Shown: positions 27,234 to 41,841 of the stretch, piece after piece
Numbering within the stretch: the first letter of the stretch is position 1
How the letters are laid out: the number at the start of each line of letters is the position of its first letter
From: Lytechinus pictus
Taxonomy: Eukaryota
Direction: 5' to 3'
NCBI RefSeq assembly: GCF_037042905.1
Contig: NC_087245.1
Span: 15,750,001 to 15,814,000, forward strand
Length of the DNA: 64,000 bases
Notes under the pieces: generated by a model
What the model was told of the DNA's origin: nothing
What the model saw: the letters and a program-made list of their open reading frames with translations, nothing else
Databases searched by the model: none
Position numbers and translations under genes: made by a program

Positions 27234-28840
27234 AGTCAGGTAGTAATAAAACAAATAATCGTACGATCTCTGAAATGTTGCTATTGTTTGTGCCGCACGA
27301 GTCGAGGCAATTGGTATTCGAGAGAAGTAAACAGTTTGACATACGGGTACCTTTCAGAGGTATATAGACACACAGCAGGTTGACCGGTAAAACCGTGAAA
27401 TAGCCGTCAATCGTAATGTGTTTATGTTTCTCTAATTTTTACTCTTGGAATGTATTGTTTTCATTGGCTAGAAGATGCAGTTGAATCACTCCATGGAGAA
27501 GCCCTTAAAATCCACCAACCTCTAACATGTCAAACACATCTGCTTAAACCAATACAAACTGATGTGAATTGTTCTTTAACCGGGTGTCTGTATAAGCAGA
27601 AGTCAGTACTTCAACCTGTCACTTTAGTGACGGTCAGTGTTTGTGTGAGACTTAAGAACCATTTACATGATTTTAAAAGACAAGGAAGCATATATATATA
27701 GTGCTCTCTTATACACATACATACACACCCATCCCGCTCACACACATCCTCTCTCACCCACTCCCACGTCAATCATACTATAAAACAGTATTCATACACG
27801 TAAATTAATATCATGACGTTATTCAAAGGATTTATTCAATTTTGACAACACCGTAATAAAATGCAGTGTAACAATTGTCGTATAAAGAAACGTCGCATAA
27901 AGCCGCGTGTAACGACCGAATCGTCATATAACAGTCGCATAAAGAAACTTCATATGACAAAAAAATCGTATCATGAAAAACGATCGATCGCAAAGGTTGC
28001 ACGTCTACAAATATTCCTAAAACAAATGGCATGAACTGTATTTCAGTTTGTATGCAAATATTCACCATTGGTGAAAGTGATGAGCAAATGATCACATTTG
28101 AGACAAGCTGGATGTCGCTATCTTTCCGAAGCGAAGCTGAGGAAAGTTAGCCGGTCCATCCAGCTTGAAGGAATAAAAAAAACCCCAAAAAATCCAGTTT
28201 GAAATATAAAAAACCCACCTTTAGTTGGAATTTAGGGGCATGAAATTCCGTGCTACGATATTGTTTTTAACTTGATCTGGTTGACATCAACCTTCCTCCG
28301 CTACACAGTCTTACCCCAAACTCACCCATACATTCTCTCTCTCTCTCTCCTGTCGCTCGCATCTCCTTTGATTAGCACTGTTTCTGTTTCTATCTTGACT
28401 TCTTCTGATCGAACCTCTTGCTGCCTGACCGAGTACTTCATTCAAAATCGATTCTCGAACTAAGGATTGTCCGATTTTCAAGCACGCCCCGACATTTCGT
28501 CAATAACGCCTCTACCTTACACTGGCCAGTCGGCGCTAGATGTAACAGGTTTAAGTTGTAGCTTCTTCGTCGTTTGTTTTGAAAATGTAGCCAGATTTAC
28601 ATAAATGGCCATAAAAAAGCTGTTTGCATTTCGTTACGGGTGCGGAGATATGGCCATGCGAATACAGCTAATGAAGGCAATCGGAATCAGCGATACTATT
28701 TTAGCGTTTCATTCTTATTTTACATGCACGTATTTTATAGATGGGTTCTAGGAAACGGTGATAAAAATGCACGTCCGAAGTACGAGGCTTACCAGCGACA
28801 CCTTTACCTTAAATAGCAAGATCTTTTTTCTCTTTTATAT

Positions 28841-29115
28841 TAGGTTCCCACTGCCGAACTGTTTTTAAGCGAATCGGATCAAGATAATTCGGCTTAGTTG
28901 GTCTAGCTTACCAAGGCGATAGGCTCCAACTACCTTGATGGGGAGATCGTCTTCGCTTTGTTGGACATGTTAAGTTATTAAGAAGGTAGCCAGAGCACTG
29001 GCGATCAAGGACAGACGCCGATCCCCCGATTACTTTGCCGATCTAGACGGACCTGGCCGAAAATTGATTGATCGTGAGTAGTTCATCAGCTCGACATTCA
29101 CGGCAGTGGGACCCA
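28841..29115. mobile_element. Small TIR element
   Basis: ggttcccactgccg at 28843 is inverted relative to cggcagtgggacc at 29101; interior rich in gatc/ccga motifs. Confidence 0.55.
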
Positions 29116-32100
29116 ATTCTTTAGTAAGAGCAGACTGATATTAGTCTCTATATTAGTCAACAGCAATCAAACAACAATATCAAGAAGAATGCAAATCAAA
29201 TGACAAGACAACGTTTGAGTTTCTTTGAGAGCCCGGATAATTCGACTTTATCGTGTATTCCCTTACAAAGAAGGGGAAAATTAGTTCTTCGAATATACAA
29301 ATATCTAATTAGTTTATTCATTCAAAACATAAAAATTTGCTCTGAAAAAAAAATTAAATGTGCAATAGAGATTGAATGAATAATGTAATACATGAAATGT
29401 AATTTAAGAAATGAGGAATTGAGCAATGCAATATCGATTTAGGATCAAGCGTGCGATCCTATTTCTGTGGGTATTATTCATAATCCTTTAGTCCATTTTC
29501 AATAGTAACAGTGTAATGTTTGTTGTTTGTGCATATTTATCATAAACAATAAACATGTACAAAACTTCTACGTACAATACACCGCAGGCCTATAATAATC
29601 AAAATTATCATAAAAACAGGATGGGAATGGAGGACGCTGCAAAAAAAAATGAAACAGAAAAGAAAAAGATGAGAAAGGGAAAGATAAAAAGGATTCAAGG
29701 AAGTGGAGGCAAACATATAAAATTGCTATAAAAACAAAATAATTCTAAAGTTTATGATTCGTAATTATATATAAACGTCAAGGGAGTACACCATACTCGG
29801 ACATGCCGTGTCGCCTCATTCGAAGCTTTAATGAGCGTCAATTTAATTTACAATCATTATAATAAACAACCTTCAAAAGTATTGAATTTTCTTGTTTATA
29901 TCTGCTTGACGTCAAAATACTTAACAATAGCCTCCCTCCAATAACGTTTATCCTAGAAAAAAAATATCGGCCCATGCAAGCATCACCTCTAATCACTTCC
30001 TGGGGTATATAATCTCAAACAGTGGTAAAGACGCAGATCCGTAATCACGTCTGGTAAACTCCAGGATTTTGCCTGATGTAATCATCTGAATTAAAAAACA
30101 AAACAAAACAAGGGCGAGTATTCTATAAGGATCTGATTTCTTTGAATTCGAAGAGGGATAATTACTTGTTTGGAATAGTCCCTAGTTTGTGTAGCAGTTG
30201 ATCCCAGTTGGATATTATGGGGGCCCCAGGAAACATATAACCACTTTGACCTACCTGGTGGATGTCCAAGGTTCCCGAACCCTTACCTGAACAAAATACA
30301 GACAAAAGAAAAACACCCTCATCTCCGCAGGATCTGAAGTATATTAAAAAAAAACGTTTGAATGGCCCTAATTTCAATGATTTTAGTTTTCTTCTTCAAA
30401 TCCATTTTTTGTATTTAGCCTATGGGCATGATGGGTAATAATTATAGATCTGTGTCCGTAAGCGCTGAAATCACATCCCTTGCAAACCACCGACTTAATG
30501 GCTAACTTCGCTTTTTTTCAGTCGGAACGTTGATTTGGATTCTTCATACATTTTTCATTTTTCTGCCCCACCCCTTAGACATTCTAGGTACATGCTTCTC
30601 CATTCTACCCCTAGCTTCGCCCATTTGAAACAGATACAAAATCGAAAAGGTGTTTCTAGCGATTTAGTAAACTGCACCTGCAAAGATCCCTGGCGTTATA
30701 ATAACCGCAGATGATGCCAGACAATTTGGACAGATTACAAGCGTTTATCGATGTAAGGGCGTTAAGAAGTTGATAAGCAAACACTTAGATATCACACTTT
30801 GAGTCCATAACAAATTTGGATAAAAGCACCTCAGGCTTTTCATCTGCAAGGAATTGAATACATTTTTCAGGAACCGCATTGATTGTGAACATTGGTTTAT
30901 AATAAAGAATCATGTGAAACATATCGATGTTGTGTCAGTCTCTTTTCCTTCATCCTCACATTATCTTCTTCATAGTTATTTGTATCATCTCTCCCTCATA
31001 TTCCACTATCTTCTTCCGTTTCATTGTATTCTCTTTTTCTCTTTAGCTGCCTGTTCAAAATAGTCTTATCCATCTGATATCTGATAAGACAAATGAATGG
31101 TTGATTGATTTTGATAGAAAATTAATCAAAATAAGTAACTTTACTTTAGATATGTTTCAGATTTGAATCGATAAACTTCTGGAATTGTAATATCTATGAA
31201 GTAACGCATTATTTTTGGCAGATTATGTAAAGACCATCAAACTTTGAAGAATGTCGTCGTCAAAGGCCCGGAAGAAACGCTGCCTAGTGATTATTCGGCC
31301 CTAGGCAACGATATTTCTCGATTAACCCTACATATTCAACATCCCCTTTGCATCAATGACAGGAATTTGTAATCCCACAGGGCTCCGATTTATCACCATT
31401 GCTCATCAGATCATATAAATCAGGTGTTTTTATCTATTCCATGCCTGATTAATAAACGAAAAGCCTTGCAAGAATAATAAGCTATTATCTTCTTTAGTTA
31501 ATAAAACACGATTGGAAGGTAATTATTTAAACAAAAAGGTTCTAGAATCCATGAGAATGCCTGCATAAGTTTCACATTAAAAAATGATTTTTTAAACGAC
31601 TCTTCAATATGTATGGCGTTGGGGGAAGTGAACATTCCATGCCCGTGTGCGGAGCTGTCAATAATTAGTGAGGTCTTTTCAAATGGTCAGCGACAAAAGC
31701 AAAATATCATACAGAATTTTAAAAAAATCAGTGTTGCTCGTGAAGATTGATGATGATAATAATAACGTTAAAAATGTCTCGGGCCTTTCTTAAAAATGAA
31801 TTCAGACTGCATCGCAGCGTGATAAAAATAGCAATGATATAAAATGAAAACGAAATACCATTTGTGGCAAACGGTTTTTCACGGAAAAGATGTCCTTCTA
31901 GATTTTTATTAAATCTCCGTGTTTTGAGTAATCTGAAAAGATTTCAATCAAACTTAATATTCATCTAATGCGTATCTAGCATTGTTCGATAAAAAATAAA
32001 CTGATATATGGTTTCCCCCAAAACCTCTCGCAAGTAAACTACTCTGTCATTAGCTCCCATTCGTCCAAAATCAGAAGACGGATCGTATTAAAGCAGGATT

Positions 32101-32367
32101 GTAAATCCGGAACTTATAACTTGAAATTGTCACCTGTTTAACTCTCTCTGCACCAGAATAAAAGGTTATCACTCCGCGGTTTCATCTTATCCGTTGTGGG
32201 AGAAATAGGGCCGGCGTTTTAGAGCGAGAAGATCGATAGCCGTGTGTCAGCCAGATTATAATACTTCACAATCTTAGAAATACAGTATTCCGTTTTCAAT
32301 TACAAATGAAATACTGAAAACAAATGTGTCAATTAAATTCCTGAAGATAAAATAAAAACACAAGGGA

Positions 32368-32370
<3 letters not shown>

Positions 32371-32442
<72 letters not shown>
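32371..32442. repeat. Compound (TA)n(GA)n microsatellite
   Basis: Directly visible. Confidence 0.95.
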
Positions 32443-32445
<3 letters not shown>

Positions 32446-33075
32446 ATTGATGAAAATTCCATACAAGTCATTTGGATCTTTAAAAATAAAATAGATAAAA
32501 GCCATAAAAGAAAAATCAGTAGCCAAACAATTTTTCTTTATTTATTTCTCCTCATTCGTAGTACTTTGTATTTTATCTTAATTTTTTGTTGTTGTAACTT
32601 ATTCCTTCTCTATTCAGCGACCAGGGATTTCGTTCATAAGTCATCCATGAATAATGAAGATTATTCCGGCGCTAATCACTCTCTTTTGACTCTGGAAGGA
32701 TTCGCCATGAGATTCATATGTCATATAGATCCTACCATATTAATGTTATCGTAAGACAACACAACACACACCCACACACACACACACACCATGATAGTTA
32801 CAAGGAAAACATTGTAATTCCTTTTCCACTTTCCCCTCTCTGTCTATCTCTGCAAATTCATATTCTATGTTCCATTCTATTTTTTTTTCTTTCAATCAAC
32901 CTGTCAGTCGATCCACAAACCCATCTATTTATCTATAGGCCCTATACTAATATATAAAAATATATCTATCGATAAAGCTAGCTACCTATACCAAATTTGT
33001 CCTTATCATATGACTGTTAATTCAAGCAATATATGTACCCATCAATCGTTCATCCTTCTTGACCAATTTATCTAC

Positions 33076-34709
33076 TACCCCTTTCATATTGCGCTTTTGA
33101 AGGGTAAGTGACCAGTATGAAAGGTACACCGGAGAACTTCACCGGCGAACTTCTCCACCTCCAGAGGTGGAGAACTTCCCCGGTGAAACTGTTTCCCCGG
33201 CGAAGTTCGCCGGTGAAACAGCCAGTATGAAGGCAAACCGGAGAACTTCTCCTCCTTATACCCCTTTCAGACTGGCTTCTTCATTTTTCCCCGGCGAACG
33301 TCTCTGGCACGCATTCCTCACTTTTGCACTGACATCTCTTCCCCGGCGAAAGTCGACGGGTGATTTGCTTGGGCGGAAGTAAGTGCAAATGAAAGCGCGC
33401 GGTTTTTTTAATTTGAATTTTAATCTTACTATTCCCTTATTAATTGCAGATACCTAATTAATTTTATCAGTGAAGGTTTGGAGATGACGGCTGGTAAACA
33501 CTTCTCAGCAGCTGCTGCTGATCAGCTCACTCGGCACGTCCATGCAGAATTAGAACGAACGAAATGAACATTGTAAACATTGCTTCTTACCGATTACATA
33601 AAGGTGTAAACAAATTACAACATATTCTAGAAATATTAGAAGCAAAACAAAAAAAGAATCAAAGTATTTTGATATATTAAGCGAATTTTCAGCATGTAAA
33701 ATAACGCTTTTATAATAATAAATATCGTTAGTGAAAAAAATAAATGTATGTTCGAGGGTATTTAACTCTGCATACGATCAAATCGCTCATAAAGCGTGGC
33801 CTTCTCCACTTAGCCACGGAAATAATAGCTAGCGAGCGCGCGGAATCTCAGTTCAGGGGATTTCAGGGAGGGAAAAAATGACCTCTGACGTCATTAAAGA
33901 GGATAAGTTCTCCGGTTTGCTTTCATACTGGCTGTTTCACCGGCGAAGTTCTCCTGTGTACCTTTCATACTGGACACTTTCCCCTTCGCTGGCGAACTTC
34001 GCCGGGGAAAAGCGCAATATGAAAGGGGTATTAATGACGTCAGCTGTCATTTTTTCCTCCCCGAAATCAACTGAACTGAGATTCCGCGCGCTCGCTAGCT
34101 ATTATTTCCGTGGCTAAATGTAGAAGGCCACGTTTTATGAGCGATTCGATCATTCCATAGAGTTAAATACCCACGAACATACAGGTTTTTTTTCACTAAC
34201 GATATTTATTAAAAAAGCGTTAGTTTACATGCTAAAAATGCGCTTAGAATATCAAAATACTTTGATTGTTCTTTTGTTTTGCTTATAATATTTCTAGAAT
34301 GTATTGTAATTTTTTAAAAACCTTTTTGTAATCGGTAAGAAGCAATGTTTACAATTTTCTTTTCGTTCGTTCTAATTCTGCATGGACGTGTCGAGTAAGC
34401 TGATCAGCAGCAGCTGCTGAGAAGTGTTTACCAGTCGTCATCTCCAAAACTTCACTGATAAAATTAATTAGGTATCTGCAATTAATAAGGACAGAGTACG
34501 ATTAAAATTCAAATTAAAAAAAGCGCGCGCTTTCATTGACACTGGGTTTGCACTTTCTTCCGCCCGAGCAAATCACCCGTTGAATTTCGCCGGGGAAGAG
34601 ATGTCAGTGCGAATGGGTACATTTTTTTCTTCGCCGGGGAAGTAAGGAATGCGTGCCGGAGAAGTTCGCCGGCGAGGGGAAAAATGAAGAGGCCAGTTTG
34701 AAAGGGGTA
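33076..34709. mobile_element. Outer copy of the same TIR family in opposite orientation, split by the inner copy
   Basis: 33076-33258 joined to 34034-34709 approximates the reverse complement of 33259-34030, with the same TACCCCTTTCA termini. Confidence 0.85.
33259..34030. mobile_element. Non-autonomous TIR element (PIF/Harbinger-like), inner nested copy
   Basis: Termini TACCCCTTTCA...TGAAAGGGGTA; TTA target duplication at 33256-33258 and 34031-34033; no transposase ORF. Confidence 0.85.
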
Positions 34710-34731
34710 GTATATTGGTCTTCATAAATAT

Positions 34732-34864
34732 AGGAGTAACGGTTCCGACCTTGGCCTTTAATCAGAGGATCGTGTGTTCGAATCTCACAGAATCTTAGCG
34801 TCTTTGGCAAATCGTCAACCCACACTTTGCCACTCTCCGCCCATAATGTTGAATGGGTACCCGG
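34732..34864 (+). mobile_element. Partial tRNA-derived SINE
   Basis: aatcagagg...gtgttcgaatctc and aatgggtacccgg motifs shared with the 36253 copy. Confidence 0.55.
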
Positions 34865-34924
34865 AGACTTTAGCACACCATTCATGTTATAGTATCAAAA
34901 CAGCACACATTATCATGATAGTTA

Positions 34925-36725
34925 CAGGCAGAGACGTACAGATGGGCGGGAGGGGCTTGTGGAGCTCATGCCCCCTCCCCCATTTTTCATGACCAAGAAA
35001 ACAAAAACAATAAAGAAAAGGACAGAGAGAAGGTTGAAATATAACATTATTTTCTGAATGTCAAAATCTATCACAAAATGTAATCTTTGTAATAAAAAGC
35101 CGAAACGTTTGCTCGTTCGCAACTTAAAAAAAATCATGCGATACGCCATATGTAGCCCTTTTAAATCTTTTGGCTCATTACCGTACTGATTACAGGGAGA
35201 TATATTATGACACACCATAAGTCGTGTGTCAGGTTCGTCGTACTGATCCGTTCCGAAAGCAACATCTTGCAAAATAGGTCGTAGTTTGACCCAGAATGAT
35301 GAACATGCAAAAGGAAGAAAATCGTTGCGATGGCTGCCACAACGCATCGATTAGGTTGCATACTCAATGACTACGTCACCGGCTGGTATTAAAGGCAGCG
35401 CCGAACGTCTATGTCAATATTTTCGGTGTCTAACTTCATGGGTGTCCAAAGTGATTCCCAAGTTCAATCAAAGGATCAATCCCCCTGAGATGCAGAAAGT
35501 CATTAAAACTTGGGTAATATTGAGAGGCAAATGACTTTCCGATAAACCTAATGCATACATTGTACCTAACCAGACGCCATTTTAGCTCTAATTTTCCATA
35601 AACAAGAGGGGGGGGGGGGTTAAACCACGAATAGTAACAATAAGAGAGAGAGAGAGATAAAATATTGAAAGTTTAGCTCGCTCGTTCGCAACTTTTTGTA
35701 AATTTTGCCCGGTACCCCCGTTATGTCGCCCCCTCAAAATGTTTGGCTAATTACGCCACTGTCCCACTGCGTTAAGAACGTGGTACGCTGTAGGAAGAGT
35801 TCTTTTGAAAGTAAATTTCAATAATATGAAGGGGATTTTTCGTCAGAGTGCATGTCGTCACATCGTGTCTGCTCACAATGTAATATGTTTTCTTGTTTAT
35901 ATTCGTGGGATTAGTATATCAGAAGCGAATCATTACGCCGGTAAGCTGCATTGCCATTGGTCAGTTCATGATGAGCAAGTAATCCGTAAGAATCCAGTAC
36001 GATAACCAATAAGCTCACTTCTCGTAAAAGGATTTTAGTTAAGGAGCCCATCCCTGACACATTATATATGAACATCACTATTTCTTCTCTCTGCCATTTC
36101 TCTTCATCTGTCTGTCTGCCTGTCTCCTTCCCATTCTTCCCTTTCTCTCAGGTGCAGATGGGTTGAAATATGTTCATACTATTGTTATGAAAACGTACCA
36201 CTGGTGTATGTATGAAAGGGGGGGGGGGACTTGGGGCCATAAGTAGCCCTAAGGGGCGACGTGGTCTAGTGGTTAAGATTCTCGTCTTTCAATCAGAGGT
36301 TCGATTCCCAGACATGGCTTGTTTTCTTTCAGCAATAAATTAACCCACATTGTGCTGCACTCAACCCAGGTGAGACGAATGGGTACCTGGTAAGAAGAAA
36401 TTCATGGAATGCTTGAGCGCTTATTTGGCAGCCCAGCTGAAGCCGGGGTATATAGCAGCATTTGTATCATCAGGCAAAAGCGCTTAATAAATCCAGCTAT
36501 ATTATTATCATTATTTTTAAACCGGAAAAAGAAAGAAAACGAAAAGAAAGTGATGAGATATTCAATGATTTTCTGAATATTGTCAAAATCTAGCACTAAA
36601 TAAGATTTCTGGTTCGAGAAAGGTCATTTTTTGCTCATTCGTTTCGCTCACTCGCTCATAAGAATCAGTTTCCGTACGCCATGTTTGCCCCCCCCCCCTC
36701 AAAATGTTTGCTCATAATGCCACTG
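34925..36725. mobile_element. Cluster of decayed CAGTGGCGTA/TACGCCACTG-ended MITE fragments
   Basis: Three related right ends (cccc..aaatgtttggctaattacgccactg-like) at ~35188, ~35761 and ~36725, each preceded by gctcgttcgc-type motifs. A left-end motif cagtggcgta occurs at 45721. Confidence 0.55.
36253..36515 (+). mobile_element. tRNA-derived SINE
   Basis: A box TGGTCTAGTGG (36262), B box GGTTCGATTCC (36298), core tgtgctgcactcaacccaggtg...aatgggtacc, (TTA)n-like tail. Confidence 0.8.
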
Positions 36726-36975
36726 ATGGCAATATTTAGAAAGTATTACAATTCTTCTACCAATTATGAACTGGGATAGTGAGTATACAATCTATGGGTT
36801 TTACGATAAATAAAGATAGTCTTAAACCCCAAATGCTCTTAAATATTATAACTTAAGCGCTTAAAAATATCTGCCGCCCAAACCATCATTTCGTCTACAA
36901 GCACCTGTATCTACGATATGGCGGTCGTTTATTTTATGATAGCCACCTTTCGCAATCATCACGGACGCTAATATT

Positions 36976-37106
36976 AGGGTCCCCTAACACAAAAGTTAAC
37001 GCTTAATCATGCACTTGTTTTTAAGATTGATTGTAAATTATAGTCAATAGAATCAAACGTAGAAAACTGCTCTACGATCAATGCTAAGCTTTGTGTTACA
37101 GGGGGT
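36976..37106. mobile_element. Short MITE (~130 bp)
   Basis: Imperfect TIRs cccctaacacaaaagttaac and gctaagctttgtgttacagggg. Confidence 0.55.
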
Positions 37107-37572
37107 TACAGGCCCTACAGATCTGCTTTTCGTGCGCAAAATTCTTTCCCGCGACACCCGCACCATACATGCATGTACATTACGACTGATGGCTGGAGAT
37201 ATTCAAAATGCAGGACCTGCAATAGATTATGACATGGATAAGAAAGTGGTTTTTCAAACAAATCGAGTACAAAGTTACTGAATTAAGGCTTATATATAGA
37301 TCATTACAGTCCATCTAATCGATTTTGCATTTAATGTGGATTATTGGTGGATCTCTGGCAATTGATTCCATGAGTCAAATCACCTCTCCAGCCGAAACCA
37401 TTTCGCATGCGTTAATTATGTACACAGCATGTATACGTCTGAACACGTACCAGCCGAATTTGCGGGTTTTTTTTCTTTTGTTTTACTCCTACACAAACGA
37501 TATGCCTCTAGCACACAATGTAATGGGCATTATGTTTTACTTTCCCCAGAAATTGGGGATTAGATTCGAATT

Positions 37573-37873
37573 CCCGGGGGACCACTTCCATTTATGAGTG
37601 GAAACCAGGCACGACCATGCGGTTTCGAAAAGCACCCTAAACAAGGGAAGCAAGGCTTTTCCAGATTATGAAAATGCATCTCTTAACAAGTATTTAGCAT
37701 GTGAAACCCTACAAGTATTGAAAACATATCCTCCTTTTCAGTATTTTAAACATCGTTTTTGACACCCTTACAACGTTACATAGGCCTATACGTAACGTAC
37801 TTGCCCACTCTTTCCCTTTTTACGCGTTGTCGCGCCTGGTATCCACTCTTCAATGGAAGTGGGGCCCCCCGGG
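37573..37873. mobile_element. MITE with ~46-bp TIRs and CCCGGGGG termini
   Basis: cccgggggaccacttccatttatgagtggaaaccaggcacgac matches the reverse complement of gtcgcgcctggtatccactcttcaatggaagtggggccccccggg. Confidence 0.8.
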
Positions 37874-40800
37874 CGGCCTCTCGAGCTCTGGGAGGAACCA
37901 AATGTGGCTTTGGAAAGTCGTCCTAAATCGGATATATCGCTGTTACCATAGTAGCAACCAGAATTTTGCACACGAAACGCAGATTGAATGTTTCCGTACC
38001 AGATGCGAAACGAAAAAAAATCTCATGTCACACAATTTGCATTGCAGGACAGAGTTTTACGACCATGACGACGGGCCCAAAAGTCTCTTCCAAAATCAAC
38101 TACCGTCGCAAATAAGCGTTCGCGTTCTCGAACGAAAGGTCGGGACTGACATCGTACCTCGTGGACGAAATTCATCTGTCACTTGCCTGACTTGGTTACG
38201 GTCGCATCAATGTCAATTCATAGGTTACTGACATGTTCTGCGTACAATTTTAGGAAAGGTGTATGATTACGGCGGGGATAGAAGACGTTATGTCATGACA
38301 TCATTCAGTAATTCAATTTTCCACCTTGTCATAAAACCCGTTCATCTCTCTCTCCGTCCTAAGGAATAATTCCCGTTTCATCATCACTTTTAAAATCCCC
38401 AGCTCTCTACTTGAACTCACCCCACTTACAGTCTTATCGCTCCTTCCCATTATTTCTTTCAAAAGAAACTGCGCTTCAAGCTTGTCCCCAATCCCCGTCT
38501 CCTTTTTTCTCATGTCTGCTTTCTGCTCTTTTCTTTCTCTGACCCTCTCTCTTTCTTGGCGTCCCTTTTCTTCCTTCATTGTCAAAATCTATTTATTTCC
38601 TTTTATAATTCCTTTTATAATTCGGCCTTTAGCCAGCAATACTTACCCTTATCTGATGATATATTGTAAGATCGCTATATAAATAAACATATTATTATTA
38701 TTATCGTTATTATTATTATTATTAGTAGTAGTATTATTATTTATTATTATCTGTCATCCATCATTCTCTTACATGTCTTAGTTTGTACGTTATACCATTT
38801 CTTTTTGTAATTTCATGCTTTAAAACGATTGTCTGTGTATCAAACTTGTCTCTTTGCTCTTTCTTATGATATTCCAACTCATCTTCATATATATTTTTTT
38901 CTACAATACCCTCTGTCAGTCGACCCTTCGCCTTTCTCTCTGTCTCCCTCTCTTCAACACTGTCTCCTCACTCATCCCTAACGCCCCATCTCTCATCCAG
39001 TAGTCCCGTCTTCACCTCTCGCCAACCCGGCTCGCCCTCTTATTAGAGTCAGTAATGTGGCTGTACCGAATCAAAGCTCGCGGCTCGCATTTCATAACAA
39101 GATTCCCAACATTGGTTACATTTTCATGACCCTACCTTGAGGGCCATGGTGTCAACGCCATGAATTTGCCAGGCATGTACCCACTGCTACAAAAAATAGC
39201 GTCGTGCAGCTGTCTCATAAGGCTCTGCGTCAAATTTAGCATGACTTGATAAATGATTGGATTATGAAGTGCCAAAATGTGAGCATTTTTTCTGCATTAT
39301 TTTGACTTCATATTGTCTAATTTAATGGAAAAGAATACAAACAAATATTATTGTTTTAATGTCAATCAAATTTTCTAAGTATTTCCACTTCAGCTAAATA
39401 ATTCGGCTTACCATACCCAAGTGGTTCGTATTGCTGCTTGTGACTTTATCAAATATTGTTTTAAACATCGGTGTTGTCGAAGGAAGGGTTGCGTCTCCAC
39501 ACAATACTGGTCAAAATAAATGACATAAACGCGCTTTTGCGATTGTTTGAAATTAAGTTCCGTTGGTTTGGAATTGAAGTTGGTTACAACCTGTTCTGCA
39601 ATGGGCCCCGTGGCTCAAATGATACATCAACTATGATGATACGCCAACACAATTTTTTTTGCTGGGTTGTTTATTTCAACGGAAAGTATTAAGTAGGAAC
39701 CAAATATTTGTGGCTTAATCCCTTCATCGTCTCATTGCCAAGACTGTTTTTCTGAGGTATTTACCAGAATTCTCTTCCAGAGAGCTCTTCGTAACGCCTT
39801 TTAAGAACGCGTTGAACATGAGTGCCCGTATAATTGCCAAAATAACGATATTGGTCACTCTTAAATTGCTTTGTTTCTTATGTAAATTTACAATAAAATG
39901 GAAAAGATATCAACTTAAACAATGTTATGTAAAAGAAAATGTTAACCCATTTGCTACCCATAACTTTGCAACTCTAAAAGTGGCGCCCGGGTGACGTTCC
40001 CCCTTGACCCCCATTACATATTCGAGTGGGAAATTTTTTTGTTTTCTTCAAAATAATCAATATATGAAATGCCGTACTAAAAAGCATTTTTGGTCAACCT
40101 TTTTTGGGGAAAACTATCCTGTATACAGTGGCGCTTTGCTAAAAAAAAACATTGTAGATCCAAGCATGATAAGCGGATGAAGTATTTTAAGAAATAAATC
40201 CTCTATAATTGACTGTATGTGTTTGTACAAACCAATAAAACCACGAAGATTTGAGATGGTTTTCAATTCAACAGGCCTTTCTCGACGACAGATGTTTTTT
40301 TTTACCGCTTTATGTAAGAAAGTGAAAAGCATTGATACTGCGATTTGTTGCCCCAATAGAGTTACAATGACATGCAAATCCCCTCCGAAAAACAACAAGT
40401 GTTATCGAGATGGATAATTAGTCAATATCAATAGACGTTACGCCGTAATGTAATAACGAAAAAAGGGATTATACAGACAGCATCGCTGAAAGATGCGCCT
40501 ACACCATCAATTTCTTTTCTTGTAACCCAAAGTGTGCATGTTGTGCCCCTCCCTTGCCATTCCACCAGCCAATCAGTGATTATATTTCGAAAATGGCAAT
40601 GTGAACAATATTTTCAGAAGCAAGTCATGCATCTGATGGGCCTTGTCAGAGCCGTGTTGAAACACGGATATTTAGATCTTAAAAGAACGTTGGAAGAATA
40701 TACTTCCATTCATCATCGGTATTCAATGGACCGTTCCACAGCCAAATTTCATTCTAAAAAGAGACTACCCAGATATGAGGAATAACGTTTTCAGAAAATC

Positions 40801-41841
40801 TGACGATTAATTACACCTTTTTAAAATGTCATTTGTAATTAAAAATGTAGAACAAAAAGAAAAGATTACCAATATTAACAAGATGTATGGATGCTATGAT
40901 GCGTTGAACATGAATTCATGAAAAACATCCTTACAATAATGAATCTGGATTTCAAGTTTAGAAAAAAAGCATGTTTTTGTGGGGGGAGGGGGTGATTTGC
41001 TAAATATATAGTGAGAATCAAGCAAATTACAATAAACTGCAATGTTTTCAAACTAGTAATTAACATCCCCTCATTTAACTTGCAGAGCGTTCAGTCAACG
41101 GAAATACTTTCGTTTCCGATTTAGCATAATTTTTTTTTCTTCATAAATTTAAAGTGACAGTAGTGATTGAAAATTTATTCCTACATAATATTGACCATTT
41201 TGACCGTTAAAAAGCACTTGATTTCTCATTGAATCATTCTAATAGTTTGTAAAAATATCCTCAGCACTTACTTTCAGGGTAAGATATGAAAGCAGCGGTC
41301 GCGATCCCATTCGCTTAAAAGAGAACGGGATCTAAATACTTTGTTTTGACAAATTGAACATGATAGCCGTCTTTTAGGCGTACCTTTGATATTTCCCATC
41401 ATGTCAGAGCAAATAAAAACGGGTAAATATGGATGTGTAGATTGTTTTCTGGCATGAATACAACATCTTAAATTACCGCTTTCCGCTGCATTAATAACAT
41501 GAACAAACTTGACATGACAACCCGGTCGATTCAAACGTTAAATAAGTATCGGTAGGTTGGAGTATCGATCGATCGAAAGCGGATAAGTATCGAATATTTA
41601 AATCAAATAACATGAACAGTATTTTGTAAGGTTTGAACTCATTGAATTTAATAAATAATATCACAAAACCGTTTTTTTAAATATATATACAAATGTGTTG
41701 ATTAAGCAAAAATTTAAATATTGTACCCTCCGATCGAAAGCGAATGCGATTTAAAGATGCATTTGACTTATTAAAATCCTTATTACCGTCATAAAAATTA
41801 AGTTTGATTAAGTATAATCATTTTTTTTGTCGCTGTTTCAG

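Noticed and set aside
27082..27342. Poly-His ORF
   Set aside because: Translation of a trinucleotide microsatellite.
28844..29073. Additional 5' UTR exon (tag|...|gtgagt)
   Set aside because: It coincides with a TIR element. Exonisation is possible but unsupported without RNA data.
33167..34885. Transposase ORFs within the nested element
   Set aside because: Short, with no DDE or Myb/SANT-like features; the element is non-autonomous.
36253..36310. tRNA gene
   Set aside because: A and B boxes are present but there is no complete cloverleaf; it continues into a SINE body and tail.
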